From Macrostomum lignano (Eukaryota), in contig NIVC01000926.1 of NCBI GenBank assembly GCA_002269645.1, forward strand, positions 310,001 to 374,000: 64,000 bases of DNA. Direction: 5' to 3'. A program made the position numbers and the translations under genes. Of the stretch, positions 23,465-36,237 are shown in pieces (position 1 is the first letter of the stretch; the number at the start of each line of letters is the position of its first letter). A model generated the notes under the pieces. It was given only the letters and a program-made list of their open reading frames with translations. It made no database searches and had not been told where the DNA came from.

Positions 23465-23838
23465 CTGGTGGGGGTTAGAATTGGCTGGCTGTGGGGTGGG
23501 GGTTAGGATTGGCTGGCTGTGGGGTGGGGGTTAGGATTGGCTGGCTGTGGGGTGGGGTTAGGATTGGCTGGCTGTGGGGTGGGGGTTAGAATTGGCTGGC
23601 TGTGGGGTGGGGGTTAGGATTGGCTGGCTGTGGGGTGGGGGTTAGAATTGGCTAGCTGTGGGGTGGGGGTTAGAATTGGCTGGCTGTGGGGTGGGGCTTG
23701 GATTTGATTGGTTGTGGTGTGGGGTTAGAATTGGCTGGCTGTGGGGTGGGGGTTAGAATTGGCTAGCTGTGGGGTGGGGGTTAGAATTGGCTGGCTGTGG
23801 GGTGGGGTCAGAACCAGCTGGCTGTGGGGGCGGGGCAA
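23465..23838. repeat. 28-bp G-rich minisatellite (GGGGTGGGGGTTAGAATTGGCTGGCTGT)
   Basis: About 13 tandem units between the converging caspase-like and hexokinase 3' ends. Confidence 0.9.
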
Positions 23839-24687
23839 GTTAAAATAAAATGAATAATTTCTTACTTTTTAGTGACTGTAGTAGTAATCGTTTCAATCTT
23901 GGAATCAATAGCAAAGGGACAAGACGTACGCAAATTAGTGAATATAAAAATCTAACAAATGATCACAACCCAGATAAAGTAGCCAATAAATAAACAAAAA
24001 CTTTACTCAATAATAAAAAACTTTCTGCAACTTAGCAAACGCAAAATGAGGCACGATTAGAAACAATTTTAGTAATAACAAGAAATTAACAAACAACCAA
24101 AATATATTTGTTTAAAAAATAACGCTGCATCACTGACACGTAGGCTACTAAAAACAATGGACTTTTTCATCTAATAAGGGAATTGTAAAAAACTTCAAAA
24201 AAGTATTCAAAACTTCAAATAGCATTCAAAATAGAGTGAAGGGTGCAAAACCTGTGTAAGCACCCGCAGGCTAAACTACCCCAGCTGAGAAGTTAATGAT
24301 ACAAAATTAATTGCCGAAAAACAGAGAAAACTGATATATAATTGGTTGATTAGTAAGGCCAGCAGGGGGGAGACAGACAGATCCACAGCAGATACATACG
24401 TAATAGTAAATAAATAAAATTTTGAACAAAATACCGCGGATGAGATTATACTTACTTCTTAAACAAATCTATTGAAAATTATGCATTGAAGAACTATTAA
24501 AAAGAAGGCTATAGTGCATTTACCTTAGCAAACATGCTGAGCGGCTTCTTCCGAAGGTTCCTTTTATGCAGAATATTCATTCATCTGGTTAACCAATGTC
24601 TGATTAAAGCAAGACACCAAACAGACTTATTTGATCAACGGTTCTAATAGTGTTAGGTGTGCATTTGCTGCAACAGACTCGCTTCGC

Positions 24688-27600
24688 TCAGACCAGAGCA
24701 GCAATAGCAGCCGCCCCTTTGCCGCTGCCGTCCTCTGACAGCTTCAGGGTGAACTGCAATTCAATGCAAGAGGGCTTTCCATTGTGTATTCTGGGAATAA
24801 AATCGGTGATTGTCTGAGAAGATCCAAGCCTTTTTATACATTGGATCTGCTGAAGTGTCTTGAGCATAGAATTATGAATCCAGGTATTTAGACTTGGGAT
24901 TTACAAGTTACAACTTAAAATCGGGATTTAAATGTCTGACATCGGGATTCAAGTACTGAGAATCGGGATTCAGGTACTGAGAATCGGGATTCAGATACTG
25001 AGAATCGGGATTCAGATACTGAAACTCGGGATTCAGGTACTGAAACTCGGGATTCAGATACTGAAACTCGGGATTCAGGTACTGAGAATCGGGATTCAGA
25101 TGCTGAAAATCAGGATTCAGGTACTGAGAATCGGGATTCAGATGCTGAAAATCAGGATTCAGGTACTGAGAATCGGGATTCAGATGCTGAAAATCAGGAT
25201 TCAGGTACTGAGAATCGGGATTCAGATGCTGAAAATCAGGATTCAGGTACTGAGAATCGGGATTCAGATGCTGAAAATAAGGATTCAGGTACTGAGAATC
25301 GGGATTCAGATGCTGAAAATAAGGATTCAGGTACTGAGAATCGGGATTCAGATGCTGAAAATCAGGATTCAGGTACTGAGAATCAGGATTCAGATGCTGA
25401 AAATCAGGATTCAGGTACTGAGAATCGGGATTCAGATGCTGAAAATCAGGATTCAGGTACTGAGAATCGGGATTCAGATGCTGAAAATCAGGATTCAGGT
25501 ACTGAGAATCGGGATTCAGATGCTGAAAATCAGGATTCAGGTACTGAGAATCGGGATTCAGATGCTGAAAATCAGGATTCAGGTACTGAGAATCGGGATT
25601 CAGATGCTGAAAATCAGGATTCAGGTACTGAGAATCGGGATTCAGATGCTGAAAATAAGGATTCAGGTACTGAGAATCGGGATTCAGATGCTGAAAATAA
25701 GGATTCAGGTACTGAGAATCGGGATTCAGATGCTGAAAATCAGGATTCAGGTACTGAGAATCGGGATTCAGATGCTGAAAATCAGGATTCAGATGCTGAG
25801 AATCGGGATTCAGATGCTGAAAATCAGGATTCAGGTACTGAGAATCGGGATTCAGATGCTGAAAATAAGGATTCAGGTACTGAGAATCGGGATTCAGATG
25901 CTGAAAATAAGGATTCAGGTACTGAGAATCGGGATTCAGATGCTGAAAATAAGGATTCAGATGCTGAGAATCGGGATTCAGATGCTGAAAATCAGGATTC
26001 AGGTACTGAGAATCGGGATTCAGATGCTGAAAATCAGGATTCAGGTACTGAGAATCGGGATTCAGATGCTGAAAATCAGGATTCAGGTACTGAGAATCGG
26101 GATTCAGATGCTGAAAATCAGGATTCAGGTACTGAGAATCGGGATTCAGATGCTGAAAATAAGGATTCAGGTACTGAGAATCGGGATTCAGATGCTGAAA
26201 ATCAGGATTCAGGTACTGAGAATCGGGATTCAGATGCTGAAAATCAGGATTCAGGTACTGAGAATCGGGATTCAGATGCTGAAAATCAGGATTCAGGTAC
26301 TGAGAATCGGGATTCAGATGCTGAAAATCAGGATTCAGGTACTGAGAATCGGGATTCAGATGCTGAAAATCAGGATTCAGGTACTGAGAATCGGGATTCA
26401 GATGCTGAAAATCAGGATTCAGGTACTGAGAATCGGGATTCAGATGCTGAAAATCAGGATTCAGGTACTGAGAATCGGGATTCAGATGCTGAAAATCAGG
26501 ATTCAGGTACTGAGAATCGGGATTCAGATGCTGAAAATCAGGATTCAGATGCTGAGAATCGGGATTCAGATGCTGAAAATCAGGATTCAGGTACTGAGAA
26601 TCGGGATTCAGATGCTGAAAATCAGGATTCAGATGCTGAGAATCGGGATTCAGATGCTGAAAATCAGGATTCAGGTACTGAGAATCGGGATTCAGATGCT
26701 GAAAATCAGGATTCAGGTACTGAGAATCGGGATTCAGATGCTGAAAATCAGGATTCAGGTACTGAGAATCGGGATTCAGATGCTGAAAATCAGGATTCAG
26801 ATGCTGAGAATCGGGATTCAGATGCTGAAAATCAGGATTCAGGTACTGAGAATCGGGATTCAGATGCTGAAAATCAGGATTCAGGTACTGAGAATCGGGA
26901 TTCAGATGCTGAAAATCAGGATTCAGGTACTGAGAATCGGGATTCAGATGCTGAAAATAAGGATTCAGGTACTGAGAATCGGGATTCAGATGCTGAAAAT
27001 CAGGATTCAGATGCTGAGAATCGGGATTCAGATGCTGAAAATCAGGATTCAGGTACTGAGAATCGGGATTCAGATGCTGAAAATAAGGATTCAGGTACTG
27101 AGAATCGGGATTCAGATGCTGAAAATCAGGATTCAGGTACTGAGAATCGGGATTCAGATGCTGAAAATCAGGATTCAGGTACTGAGAATCGGGATTCAGA
27201 TGCTGAAAATCAGGATTCAGGTACTGAGAATCGGGATTCAGATGCTGAAAATCAGGATTCAGGTACTGAGAATCGGGATTCAGATGCTGAAAATCAGGAT
27301 TCAGGTACTGAGAATCGGGATTCAGATGCTGAAAATCAGGATTCAGGTACTGAGAATCGGGATTCAGATGCTGAAAATCAGGATTCAGGTACTGAGAATC
27401 GGGATTCAGATGCTGAAAATCAGGATTCAGGTACTGAGAATCGGGATTCAGATGCTGAAAATCAGGATTCAGATGCTGAGAATCGGGATTCAGATGCTGA
27501 AAATAAGGATTCAGGTACTGAGAATCGGGATTCAGATGCTGAAAATAAGGATTCAGGTACTGAGAATCGGGATTCAGATGCTGAAAATCAGGATTCAGGT

Positions 27601-30600
27601 ACTGAGAATCGGGATTCAGATGCTGAAAATCAGGATTCAGATGCTGAGAATCGGGATTCAGATGCTGAAAATCAGGATTCAGGTACTGAGAATCGGGATT
27701 CAGATGCTGAAAATCAGGATTCAGATGCTGAGAATCGGGATTCAGATGCTGAAAATAAGGATTCAGGTACTGAGAATCGGGATTCAGATGCTGAAAATAA
27801 GGATTCAGGTACTGAGAATCGGGATTCAGATGCTGAAAATCAGGATTCAGGTACTGACAGGGAATCCTATTTGTTTCACCAGGAACCGACACTGGTCCCG
27901 CCCCACCCCACCTCCCCTACAAGTTGAGGCCCAAGCCTTCGAGCCTTCGAGACGCGGGAGCTTTTGTGAGTAAACCCTTCCTTGTAGGGAGGGTTCCCAC
28001 AAATGGGGACGAAAAATAAGGACATCGAAGTTTATGTGCACAGTAAAAAACTGAATGGGCAGGAGATCCTCGCTGCGCTCCTGTGTACGAGTTCGTGAAA
28101 CAAAGAGCCTTTCCTGGGGGACGGAAGTGCATAGGAAAACTAATGTGCGTTCTTCCCTCACACTGTACTCTACTGCATATTATTCACTGTTCTTTGCCCC
28201 TATATACATTGCGAGTTTGTCTCGAAGGGCACTGACTCGCAGTCTTCTAAATTCCACTCTATCGCATTTTGAAACTACCTGATCGTTCCCACTATGGGCT
28301 ACAAGTGCTGCGTTCCTCTGCGTCATCAACTATGCTCGCTATGAGAAGAATCCAACCGTGACTATCCACAAGTTTCCATCATCTACGCAGTTGGAGCTCC
28401 TGAATAAGTGGATCACGGCCATTCCAAGCGTGTGGACCGATTCCGAGTTGGAGCAGCTGAGAACAAACCCGAACCACAGCTACAGGGTCTGCTCGCTTCA
28501 CTTCCCTGAGAAGTACTTCGTGATCAACTCTCAGGACTCCAATCCCCACCGCAAACGGACCGAAGCAGATGGTCAGCCTGCAGGCAAGCTAAAGCTTCGG
28601 CGTCTAGCCGCTGATGCCCTGCCTTGCATCTTCCCAAATGCACCCTCCTACCTGAACAAGACCATCACTGAGGAGCGCCCCACTCAGCTGGCATCGGCCG
28701 AGACCCGCCGGGAGAACGACACGAGGCGGTGCGAGGAAGAAGCAACAGCGACAGAATCCGACAAACCTGGAGAAGACAAACGTCCAGCACGATACCAATG
28801 TTTTCAGCGAGTCCACAGTGGAGGCTGCCAAGTTCCACAGGTTTCCCATCGGTCTGATCACCTTACAGCTCATTCTGAGTCTGTGGACGATGTGGAATGT
28901 TAGGACCACGAAGAAGGCAAAGGAGAAGCGGCTTCCGGACGCTGCTCCGTTGGTTGTAAATGATCCAAGGCTCTCAAAGCTGCGCCAGTTTGCCACTTTT
29001 TTTCATCGATGGGAGAAGTCAAAGCTGCCTGGCTTGACTGCTCCTACATTCTTAGCCGTGAGATCCTGCTGCCTCACTCTTGCTGACCTCACAGAGCACC
29101 TGTTGGCCAAGCATTCGTTTCCTTCCGTTTTGACAGGCTGCATTGTCAGCGATTGGATTGAGCGCCGCTTCGGTCGCTACCGCCAATTTCACGGTGGCAA
29201 CTTCTTCATTTCCGTGCGTCAGATCTTTCAGGCGGAGAAGATCCGCATCTCGATCTTGCTCAAGTTTCATGGACTTAAGCTGAGGGACTTTCAAATTCTT
29301 TATCAAGGAAATCCGTCTGACTTCTCAAGCCAACTGTTGTCTTTGTCGCTGCCTGGCCTGGAGCATCTGAGTGCTGCTCTTTCATCAACTGATCTGAACC
29401 TGTGCTCCTATCTTGGTGGGTATGTCGCGAAGTCTCTGTGTGGTCAGCTGAAGTGCCAGGATTGCAGGAACTTCCTGGTCACTGCCGACTATTTGGAGTT
29501 CCTAATCCTATCCGATGATGAGGCCCGCGCTGAGGATTTTGCCTTGATCCAGATGCGTGATCGTTGTGGTCTGAAGTGCCCCAGTGACTTCTTGTTTCTT
29601 TTAATGAAGGTATCCTACTTCGTGTTCGGCCACCTGAAGGATAAGAGTTTGCTGACTGCTGATCTGCTGTACTCAGGAGGAGCCGTTCAGAGTATCGTGG
29701 AGCTCTACCAAGATTGCATCAGCAGATCCGGTGAGTTCCGCGACATGCTGAAACAGAAGTGTCCTTGCGGAAGACCTGGGGTTATTTTCTCCTCCAGGAT
29801 CCTCACCCCAGCAGTCAAGAATCTATCTGAAGAATTTCATGAATGAGACCAACGACAACTTGAAGAACGAGAAAGCTTTAAAGAGAAAGAAGGTAAAGTT
29901 ATCGGGTGAGTGAGTCTGTCTGTAGTCCTACTGGAGTCAATGAGTCTTGAAGAATTGCTTTTCAGTGGGAGTTCTTGCCTGTCATTTGCCAGTGCAATGG
30001 AGGATTTTTATATTGATTTATTCTCCAAAATTGAGCAATATAGAACATATATATTAAATTAATGCAGCGAATATTTTCTTCGAAACTGTCTTAACTATTT
30101 TTGTTTACTTCTTTTCAACGATTTCTTATGCGAAAGGCATGCTAACCAGGCAAGAAATTGGGGGAATGGGGAGGGGACTTGGGCCTCAACTTGTAGACCC
30201 CATTTTTCAGTGTCGCTTCCTGGGGAGCGCAGCGAGCCAATAGGATTCCCTGGTACTGAGAATCGGGATTCAGATGCTGAAAATCAGGATTCAGATGCTG
30301 AGAATCGGGATTCAGATGCTGAAAATCAGGATTCAGGTACTGAGAATCGGGATTCAGATGCTGAAAATCAGGATTCAGGTACTGAGAATCGGGATTCAGA
30401 TGCTGAAAATCAGGATTCAGGTACTGAGAATCGGGATTCAGATGCTGAAAATCAGGATTCAGGTACTGAGAATCGGGATTCAGATGCTGAAAATCAGGAT
30501 TCAGGTACTGAGAATCGGGATTCAGATGCTGAAAATCAGGATTCAGGTACTGAGAATCGGGATTCAGATGCTGAAAATCAGGATTCAGGTACTGAGAATC

Positions 30601-33600
30601 GGGATTCAGATGCTGAAAATCAGGATTCAGGTACTGAGAATCGGGATTCAGATGCTGAAAATCAGGATTCAGGTACTGAGAATCGGGATTCAGATGCTGA
30701 AAATCAGGATTCAGATGCTGAGAATCGGGATTCAGATGCTGAAAATCAGGATTCAGGTACTGAGAATCGGGATTCAGATGCTGAAAATCAGGATTCAGGT
30801 ACTGAGAATCGGGATTCAGATGCTGAAAATCAGGATTCAGGTACTGAGAATCGGGATTCAGATGCTGAAAATCAGGATTCAGATGCTGAGAATCGGGATT
30901 CAGATGCTGAAAATCAGGATTCAGATGCTGAGAATCGGGATTCAGATGCTGAAAATCAGGATTCAGGTACTGAGAATCGGGATTCAGATGCTGAAAATCA
31001 GGATTCAGGTACTGAGAATCGGGATTCAGATGCTGAAAATCAGGATTCAGGTACTGAGAATCGGGATTCAGATGCTGAAAATCGGGATTCAGCTGATACA
31101 TTTCTCAAGCTATAAAAGGGCAGCAAAAAGCGCCTCAAGTTCACCTCGTAATCGGGGCACAATTCCTGCACTTTGCGTGTCATTCGCTCGGGAAAGTGCG
31201 GATGAAACTTGAACAGCGATCCGTCGATGCCAACAGTCACGTGACCGCTAGGCTTAATCCGTTTCAACAACGAGGCGATGCCCGTAGCAACCAGAAAAGC
31301 GGACCTGGTCGAAACGGCCTCGCAAATGCTCCGAACGATGACAGCTTCGATGGGATGGACAAGCTTCAAGCCCAAGTCAACAGTGAGCAGCTGGTCCGTG
31401 CTGTAGTAGTGCTTTGGCGGATCTCTCTCAATCTCGCTCAGGTATTTGGTCAGAAAGGTCATGGGCTGTACAAGGGACTCGGGCATGCGGCCGCCAAATA
31501 TGATGCCATCATCCACTAGGGATTTGATAGCTAAGCGAACTATTTCGCCAAGGTACATGCCGCTGATGAGCTTCTCGAACACCTGAGTTGGAAAGGAATG
31601 GGGGGTGTTCGAACAGGCTTATTAAGTAACATAAATACAAATTTGGAAAGTAGAAACAAACATCCCCACAGTAGAATCCCATATCCAAAAGTACTCAGAA
31701 AAACTTAAATCTCCACAGTAGAATCCCTAATCCCAAAGTAGAATCCCACATCCCAACATTAGAATACCACATCCCTAGGGTAGAACCCCACATCCCTACA
31801 GTAGAATCCCACATCCCTACGGTAGAATCCCACATCCCTACAGTAGAATCTCACATCCATACGGTAGAATCCCACATCCCTACAGTAGAATCTCACATCC
31901 ATACGGTAGAATCCCACATCCCTACAGTAGAATCTCACATCCCTACGGTAGAATCCCACATCTCTACAGTAGAATCCCACATCCCTACAGTAGAATCCCA
32001 CATCCCTACGGTAGAATCCCACATCCCTAGGGTAGAATCCCACATCCCTACAGTAGAATCCCACATCCCTACAGTAGAATCTCACATCCATACGGTAGAA
32101 TCCCACATCCCTACAGTAGAATCTCACATCCCTACGGTAGAATCCCACATCCCTACAGTAGAATCTCACATCCCTACGGTAGAATCTCATCCCTACGGTA
32201 GAATCCCACACCCCTACAGCAGAATCCCACATCCCCACAGCAGAATCCCGTACAGCGAAGAGGTTAAATGGGGACATACCAAATCCCCGCAGTGGAATCC
32301 TAAACTACACGCACCTGAAACCCCGGATTAAGACTCTTCTTATCGATCTCCCTATCAAAGTCGGTTTGGAACCGGTCCAAGCAGCCGTCGGCTCCGAAGT
32401 TGCCCCACTCTGTGTTGACAACCACCGGACCGTCCGGGCCGCCGTCGGACACTCCGGCCAGACTGTCCGAGTACCGCTCCATAGACGAGCGTCTCTCAAC
32501 GTAGGCGGCATTGGAGCCCGTGCCAACGATGGCTGCAATTTGGCAGCGAGGATCTTCCAGGGCGCAGGAGGCCAGCGTGCCGACCGTGTCGTTGACCAGA
32601 GCGACGCAGACGATCGGCAAAGCTGCCTTGTCGATGGCTTCCTGGAAAGTTTGCCGGATTTAACTAAATGTTTACTAGTAATCGAGATCCCAGTTCAGAC
32701 CCTGTTGATCCCGATTCTGACCCTATTGATCCCGATTCTGATCCTGTTGATCCCGATTCTGATCCTGTTGATCCCGATTCTGATCGTGTTTATCCCGTTT
32801 CTGATCCTGTCGATCCCGATTCTGATCCTGTTTATCCCGATTCTGATCCTGTTTATCCCGATTCTGATCCTTTTTATCCCGATTCTGATCCTGTTTATCC
32901 CGATTCTGATCCTTTTTATCCCGATTCTGATCCTGTTTATCCCGATTCTGATCCTGTTTATCCCGATTCTGATCCTGTTGATCCCGATTCTGATTATTGA
33001 TCCCGATTCTAATGTTATTGATCCCGATTCTGATCCTGTTGATCCCGATTCTGATTATTGATCCCGATTCTGATCCTGTTGATCCCGATTCTGATCCTGT
33101 TGATCCAGATTCTGGCCGTGTTGATCCAGATTCTGGCCCTGTTGATCCCGATTCTGATCCTGTTTATCCCGATTCTGATCCTGTTTATCCCGATTCTGAT
33201 CCTGTTTATCCCGATTCTGATCCTTTTTATCCCGATTCTGATCCTTTTTATCCCGATTCTGATCCTGTTTATCCCGATTCTGATCCTGTTGATCCCGATT
33301 CTGATTATTGATCCCGATTCTAATGTTATTGATCCCGATTCTGATCCTGTTGATCCCGATTCTGATTATTGATCCCGATTCTGATCCTGTTGATCCCGAT
33401 TCTGATCCTGTTGATCCAGATTCTGGCCGTGTTGATCCAGATTCTGGCCCTGTTGATCCCGATTCTGATCCTGTTGATCCCGATTCTGATGTTATTGATC
33501 CCGATTCTGATCTCGTTGATCCCGATTCTGATCCTGTTGATCCCGATTATGACCCTGTTGATCCCGATTCGGACCCTGTTGATCCCGATTCTAATCATAT

Positions 33601-36237
33601 TGATCCCGATTCTGATCCTGATTAAGCTTAAATCTGCAAAATTGGTTTCGCTCACCTGCAGCAGCTTGCAGACATCATGGCCCACAACCCCTTTAGCCGC
33701 AAAGCCTTTAGTCCACATAATCAAACTGCCGCTGCTCAGCCCGTGCTGTTCAACAGGGAAGGAGAAGGTGAAGCCCAGCTTCAATCGCTCGCCATCAGGT
33801 CCGGCAGACAGTTGATTAGCTTGCAAAAAATCCCGAAGAGTTCCAGCAATGAAGGTAAAAAGGGCGGCACCATCGCCGAGCATCAGCTCCTGAGAGTTTG
33901 ATATAAAATTAAGTTGAGTGTCTATTTATGCTACTTCAAGTAGCAATGAAAACATTCTAGAAATAAAAACTGAAAAAATATAGTAGCTAAAATTAATTGA
34001 AGCTCTAAAATTGTAAGCTACTGAAAGTAGACATGCATGACTAGCTAGTTTGCGAGTTCGCACCTGCGGAACGGCGTACACGTCTTCGAGTATCTCCGGC
34101 TCCTGGTCGCTGCCACGCAGTCGGACCAGCAGCACGCGATAGTTTGTGCCGCCCAAATCTAGCGCCAGGTAGTCGCCAGTCTCGCTACCAGCCGGCAGTT
34201 TGGTCACGTAGGAACAGAGCATTTTCACGGCCGGCTTCGGCCCGCCCGAGGCTTTGAGTCCGGCTTCGAAACTTGACGCCATCAGGTCGCCGATGGCTTT
34301 GTAATCGTCTGTGCTCAGACTGAGACTGGCTATGATGGAGCGGGCCTGTGCGGGTAAGCGGGTTGGACAGGTATTCCTTGAGTGAGTGACAAGATCCCGA
34401 AGCCCGCTACTGAGAATCTGACAAGATCCCAAAGCCTTGAATGACAAGATCCCGAAGCCTTGAGAGACAAGATCCCAAAGCCTTGAGAGACAAGATCCCA
34501 AAGCCTTGAATGACAAGATCCCAAAGCCTTGAGAGACAAGATCCAAAGCCTTGAATGACAAGATCCAAAGCTTTGAATGACAAGATCCCAAAGCCTTGAG
34601 AGACAAGATCCAAAGCCTTGAATGACAAGATCACAAAGCCTTGAGAGACAAGATCCCAAAGCTTTGAATGACAAGATCCCAAAGCCTTGAATGACAAGAT
34701 CCAAAGCCTTGAATGACAAGATTCCAAAGCCTTGAGTGACAAGATCCAAAGCCTTGAGAGACAAGATCCCAAAGCCTTGAGAGACAAGATCCAAAGCCTT
34801 GAATGACAAGATCCAAATTCCAAAGCCTTGAGAGACAAGATCCCGAATCCTCTAGTGACAAGATCCCGAATTCTCGAGTGACAAGATCCCGAATCCTCTA
34901 GTGACAAGATCCCGAATCCTCTAGTGACAAGATCCCGAATCCTCTAGTGACAAGATCCCGAATCATTAAGTGGCAAAATGTACGTAAAACGCAAAACTGA
35001 CAATAGATAAACATGTAAGTGACTTCGCATTCTAAAAATAACCCAATTAACAGGTCTGTTTATCAGCCTGGAAAAGGCAAGGTACAATCACACACGTATA
35101 ATAAAACAATCTTTAGACTTTAGACTCTTTTTTTATGATGTCTGTCAATGTATGACCAATAATAAAACTCCAACTCTTATCTTGAGTGGGTGCAAAGGTC
35201 TAAAACCTGTTTTAACTGCCGGTACAGACCTCAGCTTGATAGAGGAATCTATTTTTAAGAAAATTCCGACTTCGATAAACTTCATTTACACGTAGTACCT
35301 ACCCAACTAATTGACAAAAAGGACGTTAAAAAAACCTACAACTCGCCCACAAACCATTAAACTCTGCGTAACACAGACTTAGTCACATGATATAGTTCCT
35401 TTAGTTTGTATAAACAGTAAGTTGTAACAAAAATTTGTTAGTAACCAACTAGCTTGTGTCATATAGGGAACTGATGTGTCATAGACAGCTTGTGTCATAC
35501 ATAGGGAACTGATGTCATATACAGCTTGTGTCATATAGGGAACTGATGTGTCATACTGTCATAGACAGCTTGTGTCATATAGGGAACTGATGTGTCATAG
35601 ACAGCTTGTGTCATAGGGAACTGATGTGTCATAGACAGCTTGTGTCATAGGGAACTGATGTGTCATATGGAACTGATGTGTCATAAACAGCTTGTGTCAT
35701 AGGGAACTGATGTGTCATAGACAGCTTGTGTCATATATAGGGAACTGATGTGTCATAAACAGCTTGTGTCATATAGGGAACTAATTTGTCATAGACAGCT
35801 TGTGTTATATAGGGAACTGATGTGTCATAGACAGCTTGTGTTATATAGGGAACTGATGTTTCATAGACAGCTTGTGTTATATAGGGAACTGATGTGTCAT
35901 AGAATAGGCAGCTTGTGTCATATATAGGGAACTGATGTGTCATAAACAGCTTGTGTCATATAGGGAACTGATGTGTCATAAACAGCTTGTGTCATATAGG
36001 GAACTGATGTGTCATAAACAGCTTGTGTCATATAGGGAACTGATGTGTCATAGACAGCTTGTGTTATATAGGGAACTGATGTGTCATAGACAGCTTGTGT
36101 CATACTGATGTGTCATAGACAGCTTGTATTATAGGAAACTGATGCCATAGTCAAAATTAACAGCACCATTAAGAGATTTTTAATCTCACCTTTTCTGGCA
36201 GCTCGGGAGTTTTCTTGTGTGTTTCCAGCACTTCCAT
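24688..36237 (-). CDS. HK: Hexokinase (single-domain, ~464 aa); exons 36237-36190, 34345-34064, 33889-33656, 32641-32315, 31582-31145, 24753-24688
   Basis: Motifs [84 protein letters not shown], and last exon [21 protein letters not shown]. All five junctions are GT-AG, phase 0. The first coding exon ([16 protein letters not shown]) is less certain. Confidence 0.95.
24930..27857. repeat. 42-bp (2x21) minisatellite, left arm, in hexokinase last intron
   Basis: Unit GGGATTCAGATGCTGAAAATCAGGATTCAGGTACTGAGAATC, about 70 copies, grading into 21-bp monomers at the left edge. Confidence 0.97.
27858..30252 (+). mobile_element. Internally deleted P-superfamily (THAP9/Galileo-like) DNA transposon, 2395 bp
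   Basis: 14-bp TIR CAGGGAATCCTATT / AATAGGATTCCCTG and 7-bp TSD GTACTGA (27851-57 and 30253-59). A perfect internal 19-bp IR lies at 27917-35 and 30178-96. THAP domain from ATG 28294 (MGYKCCVP, frameshift, HKFP..W..VCSLHF..ALPCIF) is joined to the P-transposase C-half ([32 protein letters not shown]). Confidence 0.9.
30253..31092. repeat. 42-bp minisatellite, right arm
   Basis: Same unit; phase continues exactly across the transposon insertion. Confidence 0.97.
31660..32255. repeat. 21-bp minisatellite (CAGTAGAATCCCACATCCCTA) in hexokinase intron
   Basis: Tandem units with degenerate edges. Confidence 0.93.
32684..33622. repeat. 21-bp minisatellite (GATCCCGATTCTGATCCTGTT) in hexokinase intron
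   Basis: Tandem units with a ~310-bp higher-order repetition (32997/33308 and 33058/33369 ORF starts recur). Confidence 0.95.
34385..34965. repeat. 22-23 bp minisatellite (GACAAGATCCCAAAGCCTTGAAT) in hexokinase intron 1
   Basis: Tandem units. Confidence 0.93.
35455..36145. repeat. 36-bp minisatellite (CAGCTTGTGTCATATAGGGAACTGATGTGTCATAGA) in hexokinase intron 1
   Basis: Tandem units. Confidence 0.93.

Noticed and set aside
24908-27973. 994-aa and 1013-aa repeat ORFs ([14 protein letters not shown] / [14 protein letters not shown]), and similar ORFs at 30142-31212
   Set aside because: Open in several frames on both strands only because the 42-bp unit lacks stops; they lie inside a hexokinase intron whose flanking exons splice in frame.
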